A stretch of 64,000 nucleotides of DNA from Candidatus Micrarchaeia archaeon (GCA_041665945.1 JBAYHU010000002.1:43350-107349); one strand, 5' to 3'; positions 39,169 through 49,409 are shown, numbered from the stretch's first letter. Made by a program: numbers and translations. The notes: a model not told the origin generated them from the letters alone.

Positions 39169-39627
39169 ATGGAAGAAAAAATATCCGCAGGCATAGCGGA
39201 GGTAATGGACGTCGTGATGCCCGGGCAGACCAACCACTACGGCACGCTTTTCGGCGGCGTGCTCATGGCGATGATGGACAAGTCAGCGAACATCGCGGCA
39301 ATCAGGTATTGCAAGAGCGACTGCGTCACGGTAAGCGTGGACCACATTGTTTTCGAAAACCCGGTCAAGCTCGGGGAGATAATAATCGCGAACGCGAAAG
39401 TCATCTATGTCGGCAATACTTCCATGCTCGTGCGGGTGAAGGCGGACGCCGAGGACAAGAGCGGCAGGAGGCGCCCCATCATCGGCTGCGCGGACTTCCT
39501 GTTTGTCGCGGTTGACCCGGCGGGAAATCCCGTCGAGGTTCCGAAACCGATTTTGCAGACAGACGAGGAGAAACTGCTTTTCAAGAGAGGGAAGGAGATA
39601 AAGGAGACTCTGAGACGGCTTTGCTAG
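39169..39627 (+). CDS. Acyl-CoA thioesterase (HotDog fold)
   Basis: N.YGTLFGG.LM..MD, VTVSVD, VGNTSM, FVAVD..G.P. Confidence 0.92.
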   Translation: MEEKISAGIAEVMDVVMPGQTNHYGTLFGGVLMAMMDKSANIAAIRYCKSDCVTVSVDHIVFENPVKLGEIIIANAKVIYVGNTSMLVRVKADAEDKSGRRRPIIGCADFLFVAVDPAGNPVEVPKPILQTDEEKLLFKRGKEIKETLRRLC

Positions 39628-39798
39628 AAGGGGCCGGGCAGAAAAACGCGCTTTTGCCATTTTTCGCGCTGCATGGCGCCATATATAAGGCAAGATCGGC
39701 GGCGGAGCCCTGCCCGACAAATAACCTATATTAAGTAATATGCTATAAGAAAGATAGCAGATAGTGAGAATAAATGCTAAAAACGGAAGTGACCATAA

Positions 39799-40473
39799 AT
39801 GCCAAAAGCTGCCAATTACACTAATGAGGAAATTTTGATTGCCCTGATTTGGTCGATGCCGGAGCGGCTGACCAAGGGGCAAATTGGCCGCCTGCTGGGA
39901 ATCAAGTCCGCCGGGCAGAAGCACTGGCGCGAGCGGCTGGAGAAGCTGGGCGCGAACAATCTTCTTTCGATTGAAAAGCTGGACACGGGCGAAATGTTCT
40001 TCGGGTCCCCTATCCTCAAATATTACCTCACCCCCGCGAACCTCGAGGCGATTTGGAGCCGGTATTTCGTCAGTTACGAGCGCAACGGGCTCGTCAACGA
40101 TCCCTACCTGACCCCGTTTTCCGCCGGAATCTGGAACGTGACTTCCACGTCCGAGTTCTCGAAGCTCGTGGGTTCGAAGTTCAACTACCACTTCCTCTGC
40201 GCCAAGAACAAGGAGAATCCTGTCGAGCCCTCGGAGAGCGTCAAGTCGTTGAGCAAGGAAAAAATCTGGAAAAACATGGACGCGGTGCTTTCGATAGCCT
40301 GGAAAATCGAGGCGTACCGGAGAAAGCCGATGCTCATAGGCACGCTGACGCCCGAGCATAAAAAGATATACGCGCTCGTAACCTCGATTTACGCCGAGCA
40401 AATCAAGGCGCACCCTGCGGACTACAAGAAATTCACGGAACTCTTCGAGAAGAATTTCAAGTATTACCTTTGA
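39799..40473 (+). CDS. Hypothetical protein with probable N-terminal winged HTH
   Basis: LTKGQIGRLLGIK....WRERLEKL...LL pattern. Confidence 0.6.
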   Translation: MPKAANYTNEEILIALIWSMPERLTKGQIGRLLGIKSAGQKHWRERLEKLGANNLLSIEKLDTGEMFFGSPILKYYLTPANLEAIWSRYFVSYERNGLVNDPYLTPFSAGIWNVTSTSEFSKLVGSKFNYHFLCAKNKENPVEPSESVKSLSKEKIWKNMDAVLSIAWKIEAYRRKPMLIGTLTPEHKKIYALVTSIYAEQIKAHPADYKKFTELFEKNFKYYL

Positions 40474-40499
40474 TTTTTCCCAAAGATTGCCCGTTCCCC

Positions 40500-40709
40500 C
40501 TGAACCTGTTCCATTATTTTCAGCCCTCCAGCGCGGACTCAAGCGGCTACTACGGGATTGCGCTTTTGCAAGGCAGCTATCTTGTCAACGTGACTGATGC
40601 CTCGGGCGATTCGTTCGGGCTGCCCAGCCTTGATTACACCCAGTCGATATCAATCGAGAAAGGGCACGTAATCGAGATGGACTTCAGCATAGACACCGGA
40701 ATAAGGTAG
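40500..40709 (+). pseudogene. Probable 3' remnant of a carboxypeptidase-regulatory/Ig-like domain gene
   Basis: ADSSGYYGIAL.QGSY.VNV pattern with no credible start or signal peptide. Confidence 0.4.
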
Positions 40710-41010
40710 GGCGCGATGCGCGCGCAACCGCCCTAAACGCTTTAAAGCCTTTTTCGGCAAGGCTCCATTGCAGGAAGGCAGGAATTCCGCCGTGCGCGGC
40801 AGATTCCAGCAGGCGCAACTTTGCGCTTCAAGGCGTTCCGGGACCGGCAAAAGCCGGCTCAAAGGCACAACGGGGTGCTGGAATGTCCGGGGCAAAAAAC
40901 GATTTCGGGGAATGCGGCCTGCCAGTTGAAAAACTTCTTTACGCGCCTGGCAGCAAGGCGGACTTGAGCAAATGCGCCAGCCCTGGCTCACGCCATTCGG
41001 AGAGGATTGC

Positions 41011-43557
41011 ATGAGGAACCGCAACGTCGAGGAAACGTATTCCGGGCTTAGGCAGGACCGGGCGCAGGAGCGCCTTGCGGATGATGGCTACAACGAGATT
41101 GCCGGCGAGAAGAAGCGCTCCATATTCAGGATAGCGGCGGAGACATTCAAGGAGCCCATGTTCCTCCTGCTTGTTGCCTGCGGCGCGCTCTACCTGCTGC
41201 TCGGTGACATGGAAGGCGCGCTCATGCTCCTCGCGTTCGTGTTCGTGGTCATAGGGATAACTATTTACCAGGAAAGGAAGGTGGAGCGCGCGCTTGAGGC
41301 GCTGCGCGACCTCTCCTCGCCGCGCGCGAGAGTAATCCGCGACGGAAAGCAGGTCGTAATCCCGGGCAGGGAGGTCGTGAGGGACGACATACTCATATTG
41401 TCCGAAGGGGACCGCGTGCCCGCGGACGTGGTCATACTTTCGTGCAGCAACTTCACGGTCGATGAATCCCTGCTTACGGGCGAATCCGCCGCGGTGAGGA
41501 AATCCGTCTGGGACGGGAAGGAAAAGCAAAGCGGGCCCGGCGGAGAAGACTTGCCATTCGCATATTCAAGCACGCTCGTTTCGCAGGGTCATGCCGTGGC
41601 AAGGGTGATTGCCATCGGCGCGGCGACGGAAGTCGGGAAAATCGGCAAGGCGCTTACCCGGATAGAAGCCGAGCGGACCGAGCTTCAGAAGGAAACCGAC
41701 GGGCTGGTCCGGCTGTTTGGCATGGCGGGCATGTTTGTCTGCGTCGCGGTAATAGTGATTTACGGGCTCACGCGCGGGAGCTGGATAGATGGGCTGCTCG
41801 CCGGGCTCGCGCTTGCCATGGCGATACTGCCCGAGGAATTCCCGGTCGTGCTCACGATTTTCCTCGCGCTTGGCGCGTGGAGGATGTCGAAATACAACGT
41901 GCTTACAAGGAGGATGAACGCCATACAGGACCTCGGCGCGGCGACCGTGCTTTGCACGGACAAGACCGGCACGCTCACGCAGAACAGGATGACTTTGAAG
42001 AAGCTATGGTCGGATGGAAAGAGCGTTTCGTTTTCAGACGGCAAGCCCCTTCCGGAATGGGCGCACGAAACGCTCGAATACGCCGTGCTTGCGAGCCAGA
42101 AGCAGCCGTTCGACCCCATGGAGCGCTCGATAAAGGAGACCGGCGTGAGGGCGCTTGGCGGGACCGAGCACATCCACGCGGACTGGGAGCTCGTGCGGGA
42201 ATACACGCTTTCAAGGCAGCTCCTCGCGCTGTCGCACGTGTGGCGCGCGCCCAATGGAAAGGAGTATTTGATTGCGGCAAAAGGCGCGCCCGAGGCGATA
42301 TTCGACCTCTGCCACCTGAAAAAGCCCGAGCAGGAGAAACTTTTGAAAGAGGTTTCGCGACTCTCGGACGAGGGCTTGAGGGTGCTTGGCGTCGCCCACG
42401 CGCACTTCTCGGTGAAAAAGCTTCCTGAGAACCAGCACGATTTCGAATTCGAGTTCGCGGGGCTTCTTGCCCTTGAGGACCCCGTGCGCCCGGAAGTCGC
42501 ATCATCCGTGAAGGAATGCTACGAGGCGGGGATGCGGGTAATCATGATTACTGGCGACTATCCGGGAACGGCGCGGATTGTGGCGAAGAACGCGGGCTTC
42601 CAAAATTGCGACAACATAATAACCGGCGCGGAGCTCGACGCAATGAGCGATGCGGGCCTGTGCGATAGAATCAGGACGGCAAGCATATTCGCGCGCGTGG
42701 TGCCCGAGCAGAAGCTCCGCATTGTCGAGGCGCTGAAAAGCAACGGGGATGTCGCGGTGATGACGGGCGATGGCGTGAACGACGCGCCCGCACTCAAGGC
42801 GGCGGCAGTGGGAATCGCGATGGGGGGCAGGGGCACGGACGTCGCCCGCGAGTCCTCCGCGCTTGTGCTGACCGATGACAACTTCACTTCCATCGTGTCG
42901 GCTGTCCGCATGGGCAGGCGCATATATGACAACATAAAAAAAGCGATGGGCTATGTGATTTCGGTGCACGTGCCGATTGCGGGAATGTCCCTTGTGCCGG
43001 TCGCCTTCGGCTGGCCGATTGTGCTCTTCCCGGTGCATATCGCGTTTTTGGAACTCATCATAGACCCTGTATGCTCGGTGGTGTTCGAAGCCGAAGCCGA
43101 GGAAAAGGACATAATGAAGCGCAAGCCGCGCGGGAAAGGCGAGAAGCTTTTCGACAACGGCTCGCTTGCCATGAATTTCCTGAGGGGCATGTCGGTCTTC
43201 ATAATGACCGCGGCGATTTATGCCACCGCCATCCAGTCGGGCGCGGGAGAGGATGTCTCGCGCGCCATGGCGTTTTCCACCCTTGTTTTCGGAAACCTCG
43301 CGCTGATATTGTCAAGCAGGTCATCCAAGAGGACGATTGCCGAGACTCTGGGCGACAAAAACAGCGCGCTTTACGTTGTTTTCGTGCTGGCGCTGTTTTT
43401 CCTCGCGCTTGCGCTTTACGTGCCTTTCCTTGAGGGGCTGTTCAAGCTTTCGGCGCCAAGCGCAATGCAGCTGGCGTGGTGCGCCGCAGCCGCTGCATTC
43501 GCGATAGTCCCGTTCGAAGCCGCGAAGATGGCGCAGCGAAGGGCGGCACGGCAATGA
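41011..43557 (+). CDS. P-type II cation-transporting ATPase
   Basis: LTGES, LPEEF, DKTGTLT, KGAPE, MITGD, GDGVNDAPAL. Confidence 0.95.
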   Translation: MRNRNVEETYSGLRQDRAQERLADDGYNEIAGEKKRSIFRIAAETFKEPMFLLLVACGALYLLLGDMEGALMLLAFVFVVIGITIYQERKVERALEALRDLSSPRARVIRDGKQVVIPGREVVRDDILILSEGDRVPADVVILSCSNFTVDESLLTGESAAVRKSVWDGKEKQSGPGGEDLPFAYSSTLVSQGHAVARVIAIGAATEVGKIGKALTRIEAERTELQKETDGLVRLFGMAGMFVCVAVIVIYGLTRGSWIDGLLAGLALAMAILPEEFPVVLTIFLALGAWRMSKYNVLTRRMNAIQDLGAATVLCTDKTGTLTQNRMTLKKLWSDGKSVSFSDGKPLPEWAHETLEYAVLASQKQPFDPMERSIKETGVRALGGTEHIHADWELVREYTLSRQLLALSHVWRAPNGKEYLIAAKGAPEAIFDLCHLKKPEQEKLLKEVSRLSDEGLRVLGVAHAHFSVKKLPENQHDFEFEFAGLLALEDPVRPEVASSVKECYEAGMRVIMITGDYPGTARIVAKNAGFQNCDNIITGAELDAMSDAGLCDRIRTASIFARVVPEQKLRIVEALKSNGDVAVMTGDGVNDAPALKAAAVGIAMGGRGTDVARESSALVLTDDNFTSIVSAVRMGRRIYDNIKKAMGYVISVHVPIAGMSLVPVAFGWPIVLFPVHIAFLELIIDPVCSVVFEAEAEEKDIMKRKPRGKGEKLFDNGSLAMNFLRGMSVFIMTAAIYATAIQSGAGEDVSRAMAFSTLVFGNLALILSSRSSKRTIAETLGDKNSALYVVFVLALFFLALALYVPFLEGLFKLSAPSAMQLAWCAAAAAFAIVPFEAAKMAQRRAARQ

Positions 43558-43598
43558 TTTTATATGGAGCCCGAGAATCGTGGGACAACGGTGTTTGA

Positions 43599-43970
43599 TT
43601 GGAGAAACAGCATATGTACGTGGTTCTGCTGGTGATTTCCTACCTTCTCCTGTTCGAGGGGATGTTTTCCGAGCGGCGCATTTCACAGGCGTGCTCGCTT
43701 ATCCTGCTGATAATCAACATTTCCGCGCTTGCGGTGAACATGCAGCGCAGGCGCCCGAAGGTCGCGATTCCCAAAGTCGCGGGGCACTCCTTCAGCTTCT
43801 GGCGCATGAACTCGCTCGCGCTTTCGTTCCTTGCCATGCTTGCGCAAATCGGCGCCCTGTTCGCGGTGGACATATACGTGACGCCGCTTCCGAACTTCGA
43901 ATATTCCGTGTTTTCGGTGATGCTGATTGGCATGCTGAGCTTCAGGATACTGATGGGCGACGACAAGTGA
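43599..43970 (+). CDS. Small 4-TM membrane protein
   Basis: Four hydrophobic segments; TTG start uncertain. Confidence 0.6.
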   Translation: MEKQHMYVVLLVISYLLLFEGMFSERRISQACSLILLIINISALAVNMQRRRPKVAIPKVAGHSFSFWRMNSLALSFLAMLAQIGALFAVDIYVTPLPNFEYSVFSVMLIGMLSFRILMGDDK

Positions 43971-44013
43971 ACTGATTAAAAACATGTTTGTCCACAGTTT
44001 ATCAGGGAGGAAC

Positions 44014-44547
44014 ATGCCAAAAAAAGAGCGTCCGGCAGGCAGCGGCATACGCAGGCTGAAAGAGGAGCAGCGCAAGCTCTGGAGAATCAACCTCGCCCTC
44101 GCGCTTTGCGTGTTTTTGATGCTCGCAGTCTGGTGGATTGGGATGGAGTTCGGAGCTTTCCCGCCTGCAGACGCACGGACCGAACTGCTCATGGAGCAGG
44201 CGGACCTCACCGCAATACTCGTTTTCGGCATAGACCTTTTCCGCGGCTTTTCGAAAGCCAGAGACAAGAAGATGTTCCTGAGGAGGAACTGGCTGGAGAT
44301 AATAGTGCTCCTGCCCGTCGGCACGGCTTTCAGGGCTTTCCGCGCGTTTGAGGAGCTTAGGATTTTCGGGATGGCGGAGAAGAGCCTCGGTGCGGTGGAG
44401 CTGCCTGTCCTGGTTCCGGGCATAGTCACGCACGCAAAGGGCATAGGGAAGGTCGCACTCAAGCTCCACGGCTGGTTGAGCAATGGGAAAGTCATGGCAG
44501 AGGTTTCCGAAACGGTTTCCGGCATCCTCAAGGGATTCCCAATATAG
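44014..44547 (+). CDS. Stand-alone voltage-sensor-like (S1-S4) membrane protein
   Basis: VFGIDL, FLRRNWLEIIVLLP, AFRAFRAFEELRIF; SD GGAGG; no GYG pore. Confidence 0.65.
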   Translation: MPKKERPAGSGIRRLKEEQRKLWRINLALALCVFLMLAVWWIGMEFGAFPPADARTELLMEQADLTAILVFGIDLFRGFSKARDKKMFLRRNWLEIIVLLPVGTAFRAFRAFEELRIFGMAEKSLGAVELPVLVPGIVTHAKGIGKVALKLHGWLSNGKVMAEVSETVSGILKGFPI

Positions 44548-44623
44548 CCGCGGCACGGGAGCATCGGTTGCCGCTACCGCCATAATTAAAAATGCTCCAA
44601 ACTGAAAAGCGGCAGGTCATTTG

Positions 44624-45847
44624 ATGATTATCGATTCAGTGAAGGAATTCATGGGCGTGCCTTTCAACAGGATGCTGGTGCTTGTCCTTGCCTGCCTCGG
44701 GCTGCTATTGCTTTTCAACGCACCCATCGGGAACAACGAAATCGAGCGGCTGGAGAAGCTGCAGGACGGCAGGAACGCCACGCTCGCAATCGACTTTTTC
44801 TATTCCCCGACCTGCCCGCATTGCAGGGCGCAGGAGGCATTCAACGAAAAGCTGGTGCAGGAGTATTCGAAAATCCGCATAAATGCGCACAATACCGAAC
44901 TTCCGGGAGAACTTGCCCTCATGCAGAAGATGGCTGCTGACGCAGGCGTGCCATCCGAGCTTTCAAACGGCGTGCCCATGACGTTCATAGGGAACGAGAG
45001 CATAATCGGCTTTGACAGCGAGGAGAAGAACGGCGCGAAGATACGGATGGCAATCGAACGCAACATCGGGAATGCTACTTCGGGTGCAGGGCAAGATGCC
45101 GGCTCGGAGCTTGAGCTGCCGGTGTTCGGGAAGATAAAGCCCGCGGCTGTTTCGCTTCCAGTGCTCGCGGTGATGCTCGGGCTTGTGGACGGGTTCAATC
45201 CCTGCGCCATGTGGGTGCTGGTTTATCTTATAGGAATAGTCCTTTCCATGGAGGACAAAAAGCGGCTCTGGATAGTGGTCGGCTCGTTCGTGCTGTCGTC
45301 GGGCATATTGTATTTCCTTTTCATGACTGCGTGGCTCAACGCGTTCCTTTTCATCGGTTACTACCGCCCGGTGACGATAGTGATAGGGCTTGTGGCGCTG
45401 GGGGGCGCGATACTGTCGCTTCGCGATTTTGCGAAAAACCCCGCAGCCGCGCTTGAGTGCAAGGTGACGGGCGCTGAGGACAAGAAAAAGACCATGTCCG
45501 AGGTGCAGAGGCTTGTTTCAGCCCCGATAACCATTGCCACGCTTGCCGGGATTGTGGCGCTCGCCTTTGCCGTGAATTCCGTGGAGTTCGTCTGCTCCGC
45601 CGCGCTTCCCGCAGTATTCACGCAGGTGCTTGCGCTTTCCAACCTCGGCTTCTTCGAATACTATGCGTACATACTGCTCTATGTGCTCTTCTTCATGCTC
45701 GATGATTTGGTGATATTCGGGCTTGCCGCAATGGCTGTGTCAACGGAGTTCGGCGAGAAGTACGCCGGCTACTGCAAGCTCATAGGCGCGCTGATAATGC
45801 TGGCGCTTGGAGTGATGCTTCTTTTCTTCCCCAATGCGCTTCGATGA
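44624..45847 (+). CDS. Thioredoxin/glutaredoxin domain fused to a DsbD/CcdA-like TM domain
   Basis: CPHC, GVP; GLVDGFNPCAMWVL and EFVCS membrane cysteines. Confidence 0.88.
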   Translation: MIIDSVKEFMGVPFNRMLVLVLACLGLLLLFNAPIGNNEIERLEKLQDGRNATLAIDFFYSPTCPHCRAQEAFNEKLVQEYSKIRINAHNTELPGELALMQKMAADAGVPSELSNGVPMTFIGNESIIGFDSEEKNGAKIRMAIERNIGNATSGAGQDAGSELELPVFGKIKPAAVSLPVLAVMLGLVDGFNPCAMWVLVYLIGIVLSMEDKKRLWIVVGSFVLSSGILYFLFMTAWLNAFLFIGYYRPVTIVIGLVALGGAILSLRDFAKNPAAALECKVTGAEDKKKTMSEVQRLVSAPITIATLAGIVALAFAVNSVEFVCSAALPAVFTQVLALSNLGFFEYYAYILLYVLFFMLDDLVIFGLAAMAVSTEFGEKYAGYCKLIGALIMLALGVMLLFFPNALR

Positions 45848-45865
45848 TGAAGCGGGCTTTGGAAG

Positions 45866-46060
45866 TTAATTCCTGCCGAAAGTGTCGAGGACCTTGAAGC
45901 CGCCCACGAAGAACAGCACCGCGGCTATCGGGTACACCGACCAAGAAATCCTGCCTGTGGAGTAGAAGTCCAATGCCAATAGGAAAAGGCACACGATTCC
46001 AAGCGCCCCGAGGTCGTACCACCATTTCTTTTCGCCCTTCACGTGCTTGTGAGCAGCCAT
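45866..46060 (-). CDS. Small 2-TM protein
   Basis: Two hydrophobic helices, WSVYPI motif. Confidence 0.6.
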   Translation of the reverse strand: MAAHKHVKGEKKWWYDLGALGIVCLFLLALDFYSTGRISWSVYPIAAVLFFVGGFKVLDTFGRN

Positions 46061-46129
46061 CCATACCACCGGAAAGGAGAACGCTTCCGCTGTTTTTATT
46101 TGTATTGCTGCCAGCCGCGCTTTTCAGGC

Positions 46130-47128
46130 TCAGTCCCACTTTGCGTAGTGCCTGTCGCAGCCGTCCGGCGTCGGGATTGCGGATGGCGAGATGAAGAGCT
46201 TGAGGTAGCCGACGAATGGGATTTGCAGGATTACTCTGCCTTTCGAGCGGGAGACTTCCACAGGGCGGTTGCCCTGCCCTGAAACCTCGTCATACACCTG
46301 CACGTCGAAAATCGGGTTGTTGTCCCCCCTTGTGAGGAAATAAGTCTTGCCGTCCTCTTCGGACGCGAGGAGGATGAATGCGCGGTGGATGATGTCGCCC
46401 ACGCGGGAATAGTATTCGCCTTTTTCGGGCTGGTAGACGACCACGCTGTTTGAGAGGTTTTCATAATAGCGGACGTTGTTCACCTGGAGCCATGAAACGC
46501 AGGGCCCGTATTGCATGGTGCCTGACTTCGGATAGACTATGGTGCACCTGCCGTAGCCGAAGGTGAGCTCGCCGTGCCGCTCGGTGAAATTTTCCGGGGA
46601 TGAGACGAATCTGGAACACATCGAATCGCCCCTGCGGATGGCGCAGTAGGAATATATGGAGCCGCTCGCCTCCACCGCGAAATTGCCGCCCTCGTAAATC
46701 TTAGCCGTGCCTATGCCGCGGATTGAGGAAATGTTCGCCTGCGGCGCGGCTATCTGCCCGCCCTGCAGGACTATCATGTCGCCGCGCTGTATGTGCGGAA
46801 GCATCGAGCAGGAGACGATTGCGTTCAATGGGACCGACGTCTGGAGGATGAAGCCCGAGCCGAACCAGACCACGAGTGCGAGAAGAAGCGCGATTGCGGT
46901 TTCCTTGATCTCTGATTTCACGCCGTGCTCGCTCGCCCCCTGCATGAATTCGAGCGCGACAAGCGAGACTATGCAGACGCCGATTAGCAGCCCGAAAATC
47001 CACACGCCGGACAATAAGTAGAAGATGAAAAATGCCGCGATGAGCCCGTAGAGGAAGCGGGAGTCCTGAAGCAGTGCGGGCACGCCTTTCATCGGCGCGC
47101 CCTTGCCGGTTGGTTTGCTTTCCGCCAA
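46130..47128 (-). CDS. Archaeal signal peptidase I (S26B) with insertion
   Basis: VSCSM.P..RGD, IIHR, TRGDNN, G.V..IPFVGY. Confidence 0.85.
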   Translation of the reverse strand: MAESKPTGKGAPMKGVPALLQDSRFLYGLIAAFFIFYLLSGVWIFGLLIGVCIVSLVALEFMQGASEHGVKSEIKETAIALLLALVVWFGSGFILQTSVPLNAIVSCSMLPHIQRGDMIVLQGGQIAAPQANISSIRGIGTAKIYEGGNFAVEASGSIYSYCAIRRGDSMCSRFVSSPENFTERHGELTFGYGRCTIVYPKSGTMQYGPCVSWLQVNNVRYYENLSNSVVVYQPEKGEYYSRVGDIIHRAFILLASEEDGKTYFLTRGDNNPIFDVQVYDEVSGQGNRPVEVSRSKGRVILQIPFVGYLKLFISPSAIPTPDGCDRHYAKWD

Positions 47129-47198
47129 ATAAACGCCCCGTCGCGCGATTCACCGCGCCCTTGCCGCTGGCTTCTTCGCGCCCGCGGCTTGCAGCCAA

Positions 47199-47483
47199 TT
47201 ACTTCTTCGGCTTCTTCGCGTCCTTTATCGCGTCGCGGAATTCGGTCGCCATCTTCTTGAGGCGCTTGACCGCGCTCTTGAGCGCATTGAGGGGCGTGCC
47301 GGAAGAGGTGCGGATCATGAGCACCGGGCTTGCGACAATCGGGTGGTCGAGGCGGTATGCCGCGAACTCGACGTTCTCGTCCTCGAGCAGAAGCTCCTTG
47401 AGCATGTTCGCCATGCCGTATTCCTCGCCCTTGAGCGTGACTTCCAGATAATCCTTTTCGTTTTTGACTACTTCGATTTCCAT
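47199..47483 (-). CDS. rpoL: RNA polymerase subunit Rpo11 (L)
   Basis: GE....ANML...L, VEFAAY..DHP. Confidence 0.94.
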   Translation of the reverse strand: MEIEVVKNEKDYLEVTLKGEEYGMANMLKELLLEDENVEFAAYRLDHPIVASPVLMIRTSSGTPLNALKSAVKRLKKMATEFRDAIKDAKKPKK

Positions 47484-47502
47484 GTTATCCCCCGTGCAAT
47501 CC

Positions 47503-48075
47503 TTACCTGTCCACGCTTGCCTTCCTGTAATCGTTCGCGGTCTTGCGGTTGTCCTTTGCCCCGCAGTCCTCGCATTGGAGCAGCCCCGACTCGATTTTCA
47601 TCGGGTGGCGGCACTTTGCGCAGAACGCCTTTATCGCGCCCAATTCGTCCGAGTCCGTCGTGAGGCGGAACTCGCCGTTCTGCAGAGCCGCGATTTTCGC
47701 GCGGATGATGTCGCCTATCCTGTATTCGTCGCGCACGTTTTTCACGTAGCCGCGGCGTATCATCGAGGCGTGAAGCACCGAGTAGTCGGGGTTCTCCCCG
47801 AAGCGGTGCTCGGCGTGCTCGCCGGATTTTATGCTGATTAATGCGATTGGCTCCACTATGTTCTCGACCGTGCCTATGACCACGGTGCCGACCTCAAGCG
47901 CGTGCAGCGGGCGCGACTGCGCGACCGACAGCTTGTGCGAGTCCTCATCGGCATTGCCCGCAAGGGTGGAGTAAATGCGCTCCTTGTCCGAGAACGTGCC
48001 CCGGTCGGAGAGATATTCCTCTTCTGTGCCGAGGAAATCCCCCGGAACCACGAATTTCTTGTCTAGCTTGTCCAT
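47503..48075 (-). CDS. csl4: Exosome RNA-binding protein Csl4
   Basis: V.PGD.LG..EEY, GDIIRAK, CAKC/CEDC Zn ribbon; upstream of rpoL. Confidence 0.93.
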   Translation of the reverse strand: MDKLDKKFVVPGDFLGTEEEYLSDRGTFSDKERIYSTLAGNADEDSHKLSVAQSRPLHALEVGTVVIGTVENIVEPIALISIKSGEHAEHRFGENPDYSVLHASMIRRGYVKNVRDEYRIGDIIRAKIAALQNGEFRLTTDSDELGAIKAFCAKCRHPMKIESGLLQCEDCGAKDNRKTANDYRKASVDR

Positions 48076-48164
48076 TATAACCCCTATTCCGCCTTTTTTC
48101 CTTAAAACGAGCGAGGAAAATTAGATTCCATAAATATTTAAATAGGTTTTCCCCAACCCACCAT

Positions 48165-49409
48165 ATGGCAATCAAAAAGGGCAAACTGGTGCTTTGCATC
48201 GACAGGGACAACGACCTGTACGAGAAGGCGAAGGTTTCAGGGCCCATTATCGGCAGGGAAGCCAACCTCGCGGCAGCCACCAAGCTCGCCCTTGCGGACC
48301 CGACGGAGCCGGACGCCAACACCATATTCCGCGCCATCGGGATATACGACTCGCTTGGGAACGAAGGCCCGGTGCAGGTGGTCACGCTCACTGGCTCGCA
48401 GTCGCTGGGCTACTCGGCGGACAAGGAAATATCCTCGCAGCTTGAAAAGGTGCTCTCCGACTTCCCCGCAGATTCGTGCATATTCGTCTCCGACGGGGCG
48501 TCGGACGAGCAGATAATGCCCGTGGTGCGCTCGCGGCTCAAAATCGACGCAGTGGAAATCGTGGTCATGAAGCAGGCAAAGGAGCTTGAGAAGACATATT
48601 TCGTCATACTTGAGAAGCTCAAGGAGCCGCACTATGCGAGGCTGATTTTCGGCGCGCCCGCGCTTATCCTTATACTTTTCGCAGCCAGCCGCTACCTTGG
48701 CTGGGGGCTTGAGTTCGTCGCGGCGATACTCGCGGTTTACCTCGGGACAAAGGCGTTCGGAATAGAGGAATTGTTCCTGCGCTCGGCATCCGCGTTCCGC
48801 TTTTCCGCGGACAAGATTTCAAGCATCGTCTACCTGTTCTTCCTCATCATGCTCCTTATTTCTGGCTGGGCGGCATACCAGCGCTACATGGAAGCAGTGG
48901 GCATAGGGCTTGACGGGGTGAAGACCACGGCAACGCTTGTCAAGACGCTTGCCAACCTGCTCTCGATTTCGTTCATGGTGCTTCTCGCAGGCAAGATGAT
49001 TGACATCATGAACGACAAGGAACAGCGCAAAATCGAGCTTCCGAGATATGGATTGTGGGCGATAACCACGGTCATTATCTGGTTCGTGCTTTCCGTGGCG
49101 TCCGACTGGGTGCTCAACACCACCCCGCCGTACGTGTCGTTCTCCGACTTCCTGCTTGCGGTATTGTCAAGCATGGTGATGGGATTCGCCGGCATCTGGG
49201 CGATGAAACAGATAAAAGTCTCGATAATCGCCCGCCTCAAGCTCGAGAACAAGGAACTCTTCGCGGAGAACGGCGCTTACCTTGGCAAGATAATGGGGCT
49301 GGACCCGCAGGAGTCCACAGTAATCTACCGCTCGCCCTTGGGGCAGAAGCTCACGATTTCGCTTGAGGACGTGACTTCGGTCGGCGAGAGAGTGATGGTA
49401 AAGGCTTAG
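48165..49409 (+). CDS. DUF373-family membrane protein with C-terminal PRC-barrel-like segment
   Basis: LVLCIDRDNDL, LADP.E.DAN, SDGASDE, QA.ELE.TY; tail ENGAYLGKI...DV.SVGERV.V. Confidence 0.85.
   Translation: MAIKKGKLVLCIDRDNDLYEKAKVSGPIIGREANLAAATKLALADPTEPDANTIFRAIGIYDSLGNEGPVQVVTLTGSQSLGYSADKEISSQLEKVLSDFPADSCIFVSDGASDEQIMPVVRSRLKIDAVEIVVMKQAKELEKTYFVILEKLKEPHYARLIFGAPALILILFAASRYLGWGLEFVAAILAVYLGTKAFGIEELFLRSASAFRFSADKISSIVYLFFLIMLLISGWAAYQRYMEAVGIGLDGVKTTATLVKTLANLLSISFMVLLAGKMIDIMNDKEQRKIELPRYGLWAITTVIIWFVLSVASDWVLNTTPPYVSFSDFLLAVLSSMVMGFAGIWAMKQIKVSIIARLKLENKELFAENGAYLGKIMGLDPQESTVIYRSPLGQKLTISLEDVTSVGERVMVKA

Noticed and set aside
40710-41010. Possible metal riboswitch upstream of the P-type ATPase
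   Set aside because: Several short GC hairpins, but no yybP-ykoY, M-box or fluoride consensus recognised; compatible with GC-rich background
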